Shown piece after piece: positions 34,012 through 43,837 of a DNA stretch of 64,000 nucleotides (within the stretch, counting starts at the first letter, position 1; each line of letters starts with the position of its first letter). Made by a program: the position numbers and the translations under genes. Below the pieces are notes generated by a model. The model saw only the letters and a list, made by a program, of their open reading frames with translations. It ran no database searches and had not been told where the DNA came from. Source of the DNA: Candidatus Zhuqueibacterota bacterium (GTDB taxonomy: Bacteria > Zhuqueibacterota > Zhuqueibacteria > Thermofontimicrobiales > Thermofontimicrobiaceae); the NCBI GenBank assembly GCA_049322915.1, contig JBMOPW010000002.1, positions 73,473-137,472 of the forward strand, given 5' to 3'.

Positions 34012-35352
34012 ATGAATCTTGAAAACCGCTTGACCAATGTTGCGATCATTGGCGCAGCCGGAAAAATGGGAAGTGGAATTGCACTGCTATTGGCCCAGGA
34101 GATGGCATTACAAAAATTAAAACCGGAGAACAAGGGCAAAATCTATCGCCTCAATCTAATCGACACCGACGATAATGCTCTGGATGGACTGCTGTTGTAT
34201 CTCAAAGATCAGGCGTTGAAGACAGCCGAAAAATCCATGGTCATGTTGCGCGATTTGTACGCTGACCGACAGGACCTGGTGGAAAATTCGGAGATCATTC
34301 AGCAATACCTTCAAGACGTGATTTCAGTTGCGCGCGTGGGAACCGATTTGAATCTGGCGGCGAAGTCGCACATGGTGTTCGAGGCCATTGTGGAAAACGT
34401 CGAAATTAAAATCAAAGTGTTCAAGCAACTTAAGGCCATGTGCGGTGAAACGACCTTCTTTTTCACCAACACCTCGTCCGTGCCCATTCATCTGGTTGAT
34501 CATGGCGCGGCATTGGATGGTCGGATCATCGGCTTTCATTTTTACAATCCGCCGCCGATTCAGAAATTGGCCGAGTTGATTCCGACCAAAGAGACTAAAA
34601 AGGAATTGATCGATCTGGCCTATGAAATCGCCGATCGGCTGAAAAAGAAAATTTTCCTCTCCGCCGACGTGGCCGGATTCATCGGTAATGGTCATTTCCT
34701 CAGGGATGGGCTGCACGCGATCTCCGAGATGGAACGTTTGATGAAGTCCTTCAAGCGGTTTGAAGCGATTTATATCGTGAATAAAGTCAGTCAGGATCTG
34801 CTGCTTCGCCCCATGGGCATTTTTCAGCTCATCGATTATGTGGGCGTGGATGTGTTCTTTTTCATCTCAAAGATCATGGATAAATACATCGAATCCGAGA
34901 AGCTGGATCATCCCTTCATCGATGCCATGTTCGAAAAGAAAATCTTGGGCGGGCAACGCGCCGATGGCAGCCAGAAAGATGGCTTTTTGAAATATGATAA
35001 AAACCGACCGGTTGGCGTTTACGATTTTGAGTCCAGCAATTACGTGATGTTCGATGCAGCGGACTGGACAGGCAACGTCGACAAAATTATCGGCGTCTAT
35101 CCGGAGACCTGGTCCCCGTGGAAAGTCCTGTTGCGCGACGGCGAGAAGGATAAGAAGATGGAATTATTCTTCAACCAGTTGCGCGGCAAACAGACCATGG
35201 GCGCCGAGATCGCGCTGAATTACCTGAAGCGTTCGAAACAGATCGGGCAGCAATTAGTCGAATCCGGCATCGCCAAAAATGCAGACGATGTGAATGGCGT
35301 TCTGGTGAATGGATTTTACCATCTCTACGGTCCCATCAACATGTATGTTTAA
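34012..35352 (+). CDS. 3-hydroxyacyl-CoA dehydrogenase family protein
   Basis: IIGAAGKMGSGIA, EAIVEN, TNTSS, GFHFYNP, GFIGN, PMGIFQLIDYVG. Confidence 0.9.
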   Translation: MNLENRLTNVAIIGAAGKMGSGIALLLAQEMALQKLKPENKGKIYRLNLIDTDDNALDGLLLYLKDQALKTAEKSMVMLRDLYADRQDLVENSEIIQQYLQDVISVARVGTDLNLAAKSHMVFEAIVENVEIKIKVFKQLKAMCGETTFFFTNTSSVPIHLVDHGAALDGRIIGFHFYNPPPIQKLAELIPTKETKKELIDLAYEIADRLKKKIFLSADVAGFIGNGHFLRDGLHAISEMERLMKSFKRFEAIYIVNKVSQDLLLRPMGIFQLIDYVGVDVFFFISKIMDKYIESEKLDHPFIDAMFEKKILGGQRADGSQKDGFLKYDKNRPVGVYDFESSNYVMFDAADWTGNVDKIIGVYPETWSPWKVLLRDGEKDKKMELFFNQLRGKQTMGAEIALNYLKRSKQIGQQLVESGIAKNADDVNGVLVNGFYHLYGPINMYV

Positions 35353-35439
35353 TGCCGTTAAAAAAAGATATAAACTCAAAATTCCAATAGTACGTCTAAA
35401 TGGTGTTTCATCTGAAGCGATTCAAAGCTGGTGGAGGAT

Positions 35440-36693
35440 ATGATGAAAAAACTAAGAAAGCCTGTTTATATAGCAGCAGGATTTAATACAATATCATTTG
35501 GCACGGGTCGCAAAGAATTCAATCCCAAGAAACCGCGTCCTGGGCTTGAGCATTACATAAAAGAAGCCGGGCTGGGCGTGATCAATCAGATCAGCAGTCC
35601 GGAGCATATCGACGAAGGCGTGATTGGCAATTTTATGGCCGCGCGGTTCAATCGCCAGGGACATCTGGCCGGCTTCATTCCGGACATTCATCCGGCTCTG
35701 GACTTGAAACCCTGCACGCGGGTCGAAGGCGCATGCGGTTCCGGCGGATTGAGCTGGCTGACAGCCGCCAAAGTCATTTTAGCCGACCTGGCTGATGTGG
35801 TCATTGCCCTGGGCGTGGAAGTTCAGAATACCGTGAAGGCTATTTACGGCGCCGATATTCTGGCCGCCGCCGGGCACTATCTGGGCGAGCGCAAAAATGG
35901 CCATGCTTATTTCTTTCCTTCCAAATTCGATGAACGCGCCGGCGCCTGCTACGAGAAATTTGGTCACGATTATGTCCGCGAGGCCATGGCGCTCTGGTAC
36001 AAGCAGGCTATTGAAAATGCGCGTAAAAATCCCAAAGCTCAGGAATACCATAATAATTTGGATGACCTGTTCGCCGTGGGCATGACGCCGCCGAATCCGA
36101 AAACGTTTTTGCCGAATATCAATGTGTTCGATTGCTCCAAAGTCTCGGACGGCGCGTCGGCGCTCATCGTGGCTTCGGAAGAAGGGCTGGCAAAAATCGG
36201 CATCCCCAAATCCAGGGCCGTCGAGGTCATCGGCTTCGGGCAGAGCGAAGGCAATTTGACCCGGCCACCGGAAGACAGAACGCGTCTCACGACCACAGCG
36301 GACGCCGCCAAAAAAGCATTCGCCATGAGCGGACTGTCCCAACAAAATATTGGTGTGCTGGAAGTGCACGACTGCTTCACGATCACCGGCCTGCTGGCGC
36401 TTGAGGCATGCGGATTTGTCGGCTACGGCGAGGCTGCCGGCTTCGTGAAAGAAGGCAGGACGAATTTCAATGCGGAACTGCCCACAAATGCAACCGGCGG
36501 ACTGATTGGATTTGGTCATTACACCGGCGGCACCGGCGTCCGGCAGGTGGTGGATGTGCTGCATCAACTGACAAACCAGGCCGGCGATTCCCAGTTGAAT
36601 GTGAATCCCGGGAAAAAATACGGCATGTCCATCAGCATGGGCGGGAATGACAAAACGGTCGTTATCGGTATGTTCAAACCGGCGGACGCGTAA
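35440..36693 (+). CDS. Thiolase (SCP2-type, HDCF motif)
   Basis: EGACGSG catalytic Cys, DCSKVSDGA, EVHDCF, GGLIGFGH. Confidence 0.88.
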   Translation: MMKKLRKPVYIAAGFNTISFGTGRKEFNPKKPRPGLEHYIKEAGLGVINQISSPEHIDEGVIGNFMAARFNRQGHLAGFIPDIHPALDLKPCTRVEGACGSGGLSWLTAAKVILADLADVVIALGVEVQNTVKAIYGADILAAAGHYLGERKNGHAYFFPSKFDERAGACYEKFGHDYVREAMALWYKQAIENARKNPKAQEYHNNLDDLFAVGMTPPNPKTFLPNINVFDCSKVSDGASALIVASEEGLAKIGIPKSRAVEVIGFGQSEGNLTRPPEDRTRLTTTADAAKKAFAMSGLSQQNIGVLEVHDCFTITGLLALEACGFVGYGEAAGFVKEGRTNFNAELPTNATGGLIGFGHYTGGTGVRQVVDVLHQLTNQAGDSQLNVNPGKKYGMSISMGGNDKTVVIGMFKPADA

Positions 36694-37026
36694 ACGCTCA
36701 CAGGAAGAGACCAGCTCAGTCTGAACTTTGCCGGTCGCAAACCGTGAAATGAAGTGAATCATCGTCGGCATTCTTGATTGAAGCGCCATGCCGGGATGAA
36801 AATATATCGCCATCCCGGCGGACGATTTTGCACTTCGATGCTTCTTCGTCAGGGAGACGGAAAGGTCGCAATGTCGCGGAGGGCGCAGGGAGAACTACCT
36901 TTCACAGATGACTTCATGCCAGATTGCGCCCTGATCGGCTTTCATCCGAACCGGCGATGGCCTGGCATGGCGCGCGGATAGATTGTAATCAATGCGTATA
37001 TTTTGAATATTATTGGGAGGTGTGAC

Positions 37027-37542
37027 ATGTTATTCATAGCGAAAAAGTTGACCGGAATTCTCCTCATCTCGTTGATCTATGTCATGAGTTGCAGTTCACA
37101 CAAAACGATCAATGTCGGTGAAACCTATAGCCGGCTGAAACCGGCGGCGCCGCTGCCTGAACTGTTGGTTCAAAAGCAGCCGGCGAATCTCATCATCGAT
37201 ATTGGCAATGTCGCCGATATGAGCAACAGCTATAAAAACCGTCTCAAGGTGTATGTCAATGATTGTGTGATTCGTCCTGACGAAGAGAGCAATGTCAAGA
37301 GCCGCTATTACTTTGCGTTGAGTATGCAGCCCGGTTTCTACGACGTCAAAGCGGTCTATTATGCATCCACCGGCTGGATGGAAAAGAAATTTGATATTGT
37401 CCCCAAAGACCGCGTGATGGTTTTCGCGGACAAGCAGACCGTTCTGAAGGTGAATTTGCGCAAAGACTCCTGGGGAGCGCCAGTGGACAAGGTCACCCAT
37501 TTCGATATGTCCGTCAATCCGATTCAATCGGCCAATAAATAA
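37027..37542 (+). CDS. Hypothetical lipoprotein
   Basis: Hydrophobic stretch ending in the lipobox MS-C; GGAGG RBS. Confidence 0.65.
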   Translation: MLFIAKKLTGILLISLIYVMSCSSHKTINVGETYSRLKPAAPLPELLVQKQPANLIIDIGNVADMSNSYKNRLKVYVNDCVIRPDEESNVKSRYYFALSMQPGFYDVKAVYYASTGWMEKKFDIVPKDRVMVFADKQTVLKVNLRKDSWGAPVDKVTHFDMSVNPIQSANK

Positions 37543-37595
37543 TCGTCGCGACCGGGTTGGCTGGCACGCATGAAATTCAGCAGTCAGAGGTGCAG

Positions 37596-38198
37596 ATGAG
37601 GGAATCCGGGGCGGACAGGATTGCCGCCATACTTTTAGCGGCCGGTTTTGGCTCCCGGCTACAAGCGCTGGGGCCAAAACCTCTGCTGAAGTGCCAGGGA
37701 TCGTCGTTTCTCGAAAAGGCAGTCGAAAAGGCTGGCGCTGCCGGTTTCGATCCACTCATCATCGTGACCAATCCCGGATTGCTGCCGGCCATTTCGGAAC
37801 TCCATGTTACCGCGCTCATTGCCATCAATGACCAGCCGGAAAACGGGATGCTGTCCTCGATCCACATTGGGATGCGTCTTTTGCCGGCGGATTGTTCGGG
37901 TTTCCTGCTTTGTCCCATTGACTATCCCCTCGTCACGTTCGAAACATTTCACCGCATCTTCGAAGCCCATCGTCTCCATCCAGATCGGATCATCAAACCG
38001 ATGTACGAAAGTAAATCAGGGCACCCCATCGTTATTCCAGCCGCGCTGTTCGAGGCCCTGGGCCGGATTCTTCCAAATCAGGGCGCGCGGTATCTGCTTC
38101 AGCAGCACCCCGCTCTCCTGCATGAGCTTTCGGTTGCTGATCCGGGCATCCTCATCAACATCAACACGCCGGAACTTTTTCATCACTATTGTGAATAA
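37596..38198 (+). CDS. Molybdenum cofactor cytidylyltransferase-like (MocA/MobA) nucleotidyltransferase
   Basis: ILLAAGFGSR...PKPLL, GMLSSI, GHPIV, ININTP. Confidence 0.8.
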   Translation: MRESGADRIAAILLAAGFGSRLQALGPKPLLKCQGSSFLEKAVEKAGAAGFDPLIIVTNPGLLPAISELHVTALIAINDQPENGMLSSIHIGMRLLPADCSGFLLCPIDYPLVTFETFHRIFEAHRLHPDRIIKPMYESKSGHPIVIPAALFEALGRILPNQGARYLLQQHPALLHELSVADPGILININTPELFHHYCE

Positions 38199-38405
38199 AT
38201 CAATTGATTTTTGATGATTCAGTTCTTATATTAAAATCCACTTTCGATGCGCCAGGCCTGACCGCTTCACTCGACAGCAATGAGCGCTGGCAGCGCGATC
38301 CGATGCGTTTACGAACGCGAGTGGCTGGAACGGGACTATCTGATGCTTCGGGAGCGGTTCAGCCCTGTTCAGCAAGTGATAATCAGAGAAGTAGCCGGAG
38401 GCAAG

Positions 38406-39239
38406 ATGAGCGAACTGATCGAGCGGGTCGCTTTTTTAAAAAAATCTCAGATGACATTTTGCATCGTCACCGTGGTGGAATCGGCCGGAGCCACGCCGCG
38501 CAAGGCAGGCGCGCGCGCTATTATTTTCCCTGACCGGAGTCTCGAAGGGACTGTCGGCGGCGGCGCCATTGAGCAGGAAGCGATCAGTGTCGCTCTCGCC
38601 GTGCTGGCCGATAAAAAGCCGTGCCTGAAACGATACGATCTGGACGCGCTAGAAACGGATGCCATGATTTGCGGCGGCGCAATGACCCTGTATTTCGAAC
38701 CGGTGTTGCCGGATCGGCTCTTGACGATTTTCGGAGGAGGCCACGTCGGACGGGCCCTAGCGCGAGTCGCTCACGAGGCTGGCTGGTTGATCCGCGTGGT
38801 GGATGAGCGGGAGGGAATTTTCGAGACAAATTTGTTTCCGGAACGATCCCAATTGATACGGGAGCCGTTCGCGGAATTCATCGATAGAAATGAATTCGGG
38901 CAAAACGACTGGATCGCCATTGTCACGCCCAAACACAAAAACGACGAGCAGGTGCTTGAGGGTGTCATTCACTCGTCGGCGGCCTACATCGGCATGATGG
39001 GTTCGCCCAAAAAAGTGAAAGAGACCATGGCCAACCTGCTGCAAAAAGGCATCCCGCAATCGCTGCTGGATGCTGTGTATGCCCCGGTCGGGTTGAATAT
39101 TGCCACGGAAACGCCTGGCGAAATCGCTGTTTCCATCGTCGCAGAAATGCTGGCCATTCTACATCGCATCCCGGCGATTAAATCATTTTCCCGCAGGCAG
39201 GATATCGCATTCAATGAAAAGGATCAATCACACGCATGA
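38406..39239 (+). CDS. xdhC: XdhC/CoxI family molybdoenzyme accessory protein
   Basis: GATPRKAGA, GTVGGGAIE, ICGG, IFGGGHVG, YIGMMGS, APVGLNI...PGEIAVSI; GGAGG RBS. Confidence 0.9.
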   Translation: MSELIERVAFLKKSQMTFCIVTVVESAGATPRKAGARAIIFPDRSLEGTVGGGAIEQEAISVALAVLADKKPCLKRYDLDALETDAMICGGAMTLYFEPVLPDRLLTIFGGGHVGRALARVAHEAGWLIRVVDEREGIFETNLFPERSQLIREPFAEFIDRNEFGQNDWIAIVTPKHKNDEQVLEGVIHSSAAYIGMMGSPKKVKETMANLLQKGIPQSLLDAVYAPVGLNIATETPGEIAVSIVAEMLAILHRIPAIKSFSRRQDIAFNEKDQSHA

Positions 39240-40879
39240 AAAAATTCCGGACCACGCTGTACCATTGGCTGCTTTTCTCTCTCTCAATTTTTAGCACGTC
39301 TTTTGCGAATACAATTACCGGCCGCGTAATCGATACCAACAGTGACACTCCGATCAATCAGGCACAGGTCATCGTCGTTCAAACCGCCGGTCAAACGGAC
39401 ACTGTCTTTTCAGGATCAGACGGCGTCTGGACATTCGATCTCACTGCAACCGGAGTGAGCGAGCGTCCCGAACTGCCGGTTCAATTTCAGGTGGAGCAAA
39501 ACTACCCCAACCCATTCAATCCGGCGACCCTCATAAAATTTTCTCTGTTCGAAGCCGGAAATGTCGGAATTGTTGTCCACAATATGTTGGGCCAGAAACT
39601 GGCTGACCAGGAGCAATTTCTCAGCGCCGGTAACTACGCGATCGAGTGGCGCAGCAACGGCGCGGCCGGCGTCTATTTTTATACTCTCAGCCACGGCAAA
39701 ACGTCCATCACCAAAAAGATGATTCAACTGGATGGCGGATACGCCGGCGGCTTGTCCGCGATTCGCTCCGGGAGCGGGTTTTCAACGGGTTTCGAGAAAC
39801 CAGCGGCGCCCATTCCAATTACATTGCACACCTCAAAATTTGGCTACATCCCGGACACACTGGAAGCCGTCGCCGAGGATGGGAGTGATTTCCAGGTTCG
39901 ACTGGAGACAATCCACCATCATGCGCTGGTCATTGATCTGCACAACGATATTCTCGAACGCATGTTAGAAAGCCCATCCTATCATCTGGGCGATTCGCAC
40001 CGTTACTGGCACACGGATATTCCGCGGTTGCAGCGCGGCGGCGTGGATATTCAGTTTTTCGCCGACTGGGTAAGTCCATCTCAATACCCCAACAATCCCT
40101 ATGAAATTTCAGTGGAACTCATCGCGTTGATGACCAAAGAGTTTGGCCTCAATCCCGATGATATTCAACAGGCGTTTGACCCACAGGATGCGCTGGATGT
40201 CGTGGCCCGGGGAAAAATTGCCGGCGTGCTTGGCGTGGAAGGCGGCCATGCCATCGAAAACAGCATCGAAAAACTGATAACGCTGTACCAGTCCGGCATG
40301 CGCTACCTCACCATCACCTGGAACAACAGCACGGACTGGGCCGTCTCCGCCGCGGATTCGCGTTCGAAAACGGTCGGGCTGTCGGAATTTGGCAAGCAGG
40401 TCATTCGAACCATGGATTCGCTGGGGGTGATCATTGATGTATCCCATACCGGCGTGAAGACCATCGAAGACATCCTTCTCATCACGAAAAATCCTATTGT
40501 CGCCACCCATTCCGGCGCGTGGGCGCTGCGGAACCACACCCGCAATCTGACCGACTCCCAGATTCAGGCAATAGCGAACAGCGGGGGAGTTGTCGGCGTG
40601 GTCTTTTACCCATATTTCCTTTCCTATTCAGAGAACAATGTGAACATCAATACCGTCATTTCGCACATCGATTATATCGTCAATCTGGTGGGCATTGACT
40701 TTGTTGCGCTGGGCTCGGATTTTGACGGCATCGAAATTGTGCCCCGGGGGCTGGAGGATGTCTCCAAGTTCCCGGATCTGACGCTGGCGCTGCTGCAACG
40801 TGGCTATTCCCAGGGTGATGTGGAGAAAATACTTGGGCTCAATTTTCTGAGAGTCTTTCAACAGGTGTGCGGGAAATAG
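39236..40879 (+). CDS. Secreted M19 (membrane) dipeptidase with an N-terminal Ig-like domain and an internal secretion-tail domain
   Basis: Signal peptide; QNYPNPFNP near residue 90; IDLHND, GVEGG, LTITWN, IDVSH, ATHS, LGSDFDG. Confidence 0.85.
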   Translation: MKKFRTTLYHWLLFSLSIFSTSFANTITGRVIDTNSDTPINQAQVIVVQTAGQTDTVFSGSDGVWTFDLTATGVSERPELPVQFQVEQNYPNPFNPATLIKFSLFEAGNVGIVVHNMLGQKLADQEQFLSAGNYAIEWRSNGAAGVYFYTLSHGKTSITKKMIQLDGGYAGGLSAIRSGSGFSTGFEKPAAPIPITLHTSKFGYIPDTLEAVAEDGSDFQVRLETIHHHALVIDLHNDILERMLESPSYHLGDSHRYWHTDIPRLQRGGVDIQFFADWVSPSQYPNNPYEISVELIALMTKEFGLNPDDIQQAFDPQDALDVVARGKIAGVLGVEGGHAIENSIEKLITLYQSGMRYLTITWNNSTDWAVSAADSRSKTVGLSEFGKQVIRTMDSLGVIIDVSHTGVKTIEDILLITKNPIVATHSGAWALRNHTRNLTDSQIQAIANSGGVVGVVFYPYFLSYSENNVNINTVISHIDYIVNLVGIDFVALGSDFDGIEIVPRGLEDVSKFPDLTLALLQRGYSQGDVEKILGLNFLRVFQQVCGK

Positions 40880-41009
40880 GTGTTCCTTCATTTCTGGTGA
40901 CCGATGCGCCCGGCCGCCGGAATGAATGGGCAGAATTCCGCTGCCGGAGAATTTCAGAGCGCGCATCCCGGGCCATGCCCGATACCACAATATTTTACTG
41001 GAGTTCATT

Positions 41010-42059
41010 TTGAAACGAGAATTAAATTTCAATCGCTTGCGCACTGCACTTTTTGGGGGCGTGCCTGATTGCGTCCCGCTCCTTGAATTGGCTATTGCCG
41101 ATTCGATCAAGCAACGGTACATCGGCCGGCCCATTGCCGGCGTGCGCGAGAAAATCGAGTTTGCACAAAAAGCGGGCTACGATTATGTCCGGTTGGCGCC
41201 CAAAATTGATCTCAATCCCGGCAAGATCGCTCCCAAAGAAGGCGCGCGAAAATCACATTCCACTGCGCAGACAGGCGAGCGAAACTGGCACGCCAGCAGT
41301 CAGGGAATGATCACCACGGTGGCGGAATTTGAACAATTCCAGTGGCCGTCGATGGAATCGGTGAATTATTCGGAGTTCGAGGCAGCGCAATCCGCTCTGC
41401 CGGATGGGATGAAAATCATCGGCCAGTACGGTGACATTTTCACATGGACCTGGGATTTCATGGGATTTGAAACCTTCTCGTTCGCCCTCATCGATAACCC
41501 GGCGCTCGTCGCGGCGCTGTTCGATAAAATCGGCGCCATTGTTCTGGAGTTGTTCGAAACCATGGCCGACTTCGACGCCATTGGCGCATTTTTTTACAGC
41601 GACGATATTGCCATCAATACCGGCCTGTTCGTTGCGCCGCAGGTCTATCGCCAGTACCTGTTTCCGTGGATGAAAAAAATCGGCGCTATTTGCCAACGCA
41701 GAAATATACCATTCATTTATCACACGGACGGCAATATCTGGGAAGTTCTGGATGACTTAAAAGACTGCCGTGTGAACGCGCTGCAGCCTGTCGAACCTCA
41801 TGCCATGGATATTGTGGAATTGAAAGCCAAACGCGGGCGCGATTTTTGCCTCGTCGGCAATGTGGACGTGGACCTGCTGTCCCGCGGTACGACCCGGCAG
41901 GTCGAGGATGAAGTGAAACGGCTGTTGCGCCAGGTTGCGCAGGGCGGTGGCTTCTGCCTCGGCTCCGGCAACACCGTGCCGGACTATGCGATTTTCGAAA
42001 ACTACCTGGCCATGATTGAGACAGGCAAGACCTATGGCCGTTATCCCATTTCATTCTGA
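41010..42059 (+). CDS. Uroporphyrinogen decarboxylase / MtaA-CmuA methyltransferase family protein
   Basis: YSDD, YHTDGN, LVGNVD, GFCLGSGN..PD...ENY; start uncertain (TTG 41010 after GGAG, or 40926). Confidence 0.8.
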   Translation: MKRELNFNRLRTALFGGVPDCVPLLELAIADSIKQRYIGRPIAGVREKIEFAQKAGYDYVRLAPKIDLNPGKIAPKEGARKSHSTAQTGERNWHASSQGMITTVAEFEQFQWPSMESVNYSEFEAAQSALPDGMKIIGQYGDIFTWTWDFMGFETFSFALIDNPALVAALFDKIGAIVLELFETMADFDAIGAFFYSDDIAINTGLFVAPQVYRQYLFPWMKKIGAICQRRNIPFIYHTDGNIWEVLDDLKDCRVNALQPVEPHAMDIVELKAKRGRDFCLVGNVDVDLLSRGTTRQVEDEVKRLLRQVAQGGGFCLGSGNTVPDYAIFENYLAMIETGKTYGRYPISF

Positions 42060-42070
42060 CGAAGGATGCG

Positions 42071-42865
42071 ATGAACATTGGGCTGATACAGTTTGATGTC
42101 ACGTTTGGCCAGCCGAAATTGAACATCGACCGGGCAATTCGGCTGATGGAACAGTCAATCGCTGATCTCTGGGTGTTGCCGGAGTTGTTTCACAGCGGCT
42201 ACTCGTTTACGTCGCGAGATGAACTGGCCGCATTGGCGGAACCGATACCCGATGGTCAAACGTGTCAGGCGCTCCTGGCATACGCAGCAAAACAATCGTG
42301 CGCCATTGTCGCCGGGATCGCTGAAAGCGCCGGCGGCCAATTTTACAATTCCGCCGCGCTCATCACCAAAGACGGGGTGGTGGGCGTCTATCGAAAAGTC
42401 CATCTGTTCGATCGGGAGAAATTCTGGTTCTCACCGGGGGATCTGCCTTTTTCGGTTCATAAAATCAATTACGTCGCTATCGGCATGATGATCTGTTTCG
42501 ACTGGCTTTTCCCTGAGGCTGCCCGTACCCTGGCGTTGAAGGGCGCGGACGTCCTCTGTCATCCATCAAATCTGGTATTGCCGTACTGCCAGAGCGCCAT
42601 GATCACGCGCTGTCTGGAAAATCGCGTTTTTGCCATCACGGCGAATCGGATTGGCGCAGAATCGAGGGGCGACGGCTCGCTGACCTTCACCGGGGGAAGC
42701 CAGATCATCGATCCGCGCGGTCAAATCCTGTTTCGGGCCGGCAGAGACACCGAGGAGAGCGTCGTTGTTTCCATTGATCCGGAGTTAGCGCGCGACAAAT
42801 CCATCACGCGGAACAACAACGCGCTGAACGACCGGCGACCTGATATGTATGAAATGGGTGGATGA
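42071..42865 (+). CDS. Carbon-nitrogen hydrolase (nitrilase superfamily)
   Basis: E-K-C triad in LPELF, YRKVHLF and ICFD. Confidence 0.92.
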   Translation: MNIGLIQFDVTFGQPKLNIDRAIRLMEQSIADLWVLPELFHSGYSFTSRDELAALAEPIPDGQTCQALLAYAAKQSCAIVAGIAESAGGQFYNSAALITKDGVVGVYRKVHLFDREKFWFSPGDLPFSVHKINYVAIGMMICFDWLFPEAARTLALKGADVLCHPSNLVLPYCQSAMITRCLENRVFAITANRIGAESRGDGSLTFTGGSQIIDPRGQILFRAGRDTEESVVVSIDPELARDKSITRNNNALNDRRPDMYEMGG

Positions 42866-43728
42866 ATTTGGAACGGTACTACATCGATTTAAATAAATGT
42901 TTGGGCGAAGATTTTTCCGAATACGAATTCGATGACCAGGGGATTCCGTTGAACCATCTGTACCCGGCGTCCGGCGGCAGCTACAATCCGATCACCGTGT
43001 GCCAATACGGGCTTTTTCATTTCAATAAATTCGTGGACAGCGGAGATTCATCAGCGCGTACGACGTTTCTGGCTCAGGCAAACTGGCTGATTCAATCCGC
43101 GCGACCGGGAGCGAATGATTCCAGCGTCTGGCCGTATCATTTCGACCTGCCGTTTTACAACATTACGGCGCCGTGGATTTCCGGCATGGCCCAGGGCGAG
43201 GCCCTTTCCGTGCTGGTGCGGGCCTTTTCCCTCAGTCAGGATCACGCCTATCTGGCCGTGGCGCACAACGCCTGGAATATCTTTGCTGTGAACGTCGGGC
43301 AGGGCGGCGTGATGAGTGGTTTCCCGGACGGCAGCCCGCTGGTGGAGGAATATCCCACTCCCGGTCATGTCACGGCGGTGCTGAACGGCTTCATCTTCGC
43401 GATATTCGGCGTGTACGATTACTGGAAATTCACCGGCAACGAAGACGCCGGCCAATTGTACAGGCAGTTGATACAGAGCCTTGCTGCCAATTTGCATCGG
43501 TACGACAGCGGATACTGGTCTTATTACGAATTGAAATCCCCAAAGCGGCTGGCTTCCCGATCCTATCACCGGCTGCATCTGGAACAATTGCAGAAGCTGT
43601 ACGACATCGCGCCGGAGCCGCAGTTTGCCCATTACCTGAATCGGTTTAGCGTCTATCAGGAATCAACGCGCTGCAAAATCCGATGGACGATTCACAAGCT
43701 GGGGCAGAAAATTTTCTGGCGCGTCTGA
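42862..43728 (+). CDS. D-glucuronyl C5-epimerase family protein
   Basis: YNPITVCQYGL, PWISGMAQGEALSVLVRA, EEYP, VLNGFIF, YDSGYWSYY, YHRLH. Confidence 0.85.
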   Translation: MNLERYYIDLNKCLGEDFSEYEFDDQGIPLNHLYPASGGSYNPITVCQYGLFHFNKFVDSGDSSARTTFLAQANWLIQSARPGANDSSVWPYHFDLPFYNITAPWISGMAQGEALSVLVRAFSLSQDHAYLAVAHNAWNIFAVNVGQGGVMSGFPDGSPLVEEYPTPGHVTAVLNGFIFAIFGVYDYWKFTGNEDAGQLYRQLIQSLAANLHRYDSGYWSYYELKSPKRLASRSYHRLHLEQLQKLYDIAPEPQFAHYLNRFSVYQESTRCKIRWTIHKLGQKIFWRV

Positions 43729-43837
43729 GAAAGGCGCCTCGCTGGTGCGGTCGGAGAACTCAGGCAGCCCGATCAGCAGCGCGCAGATTGCATCCCGAAT
43801 TCAAACCATCGTCGTCATTTACAAAATTGGAGAACGC

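Noticed and set aside
38200..38405. Moco riboswitch, or N-terminal extension of XdhC
   Set aside because: No convincing motif match; a strong GGAGG RBS supports the start at 38406
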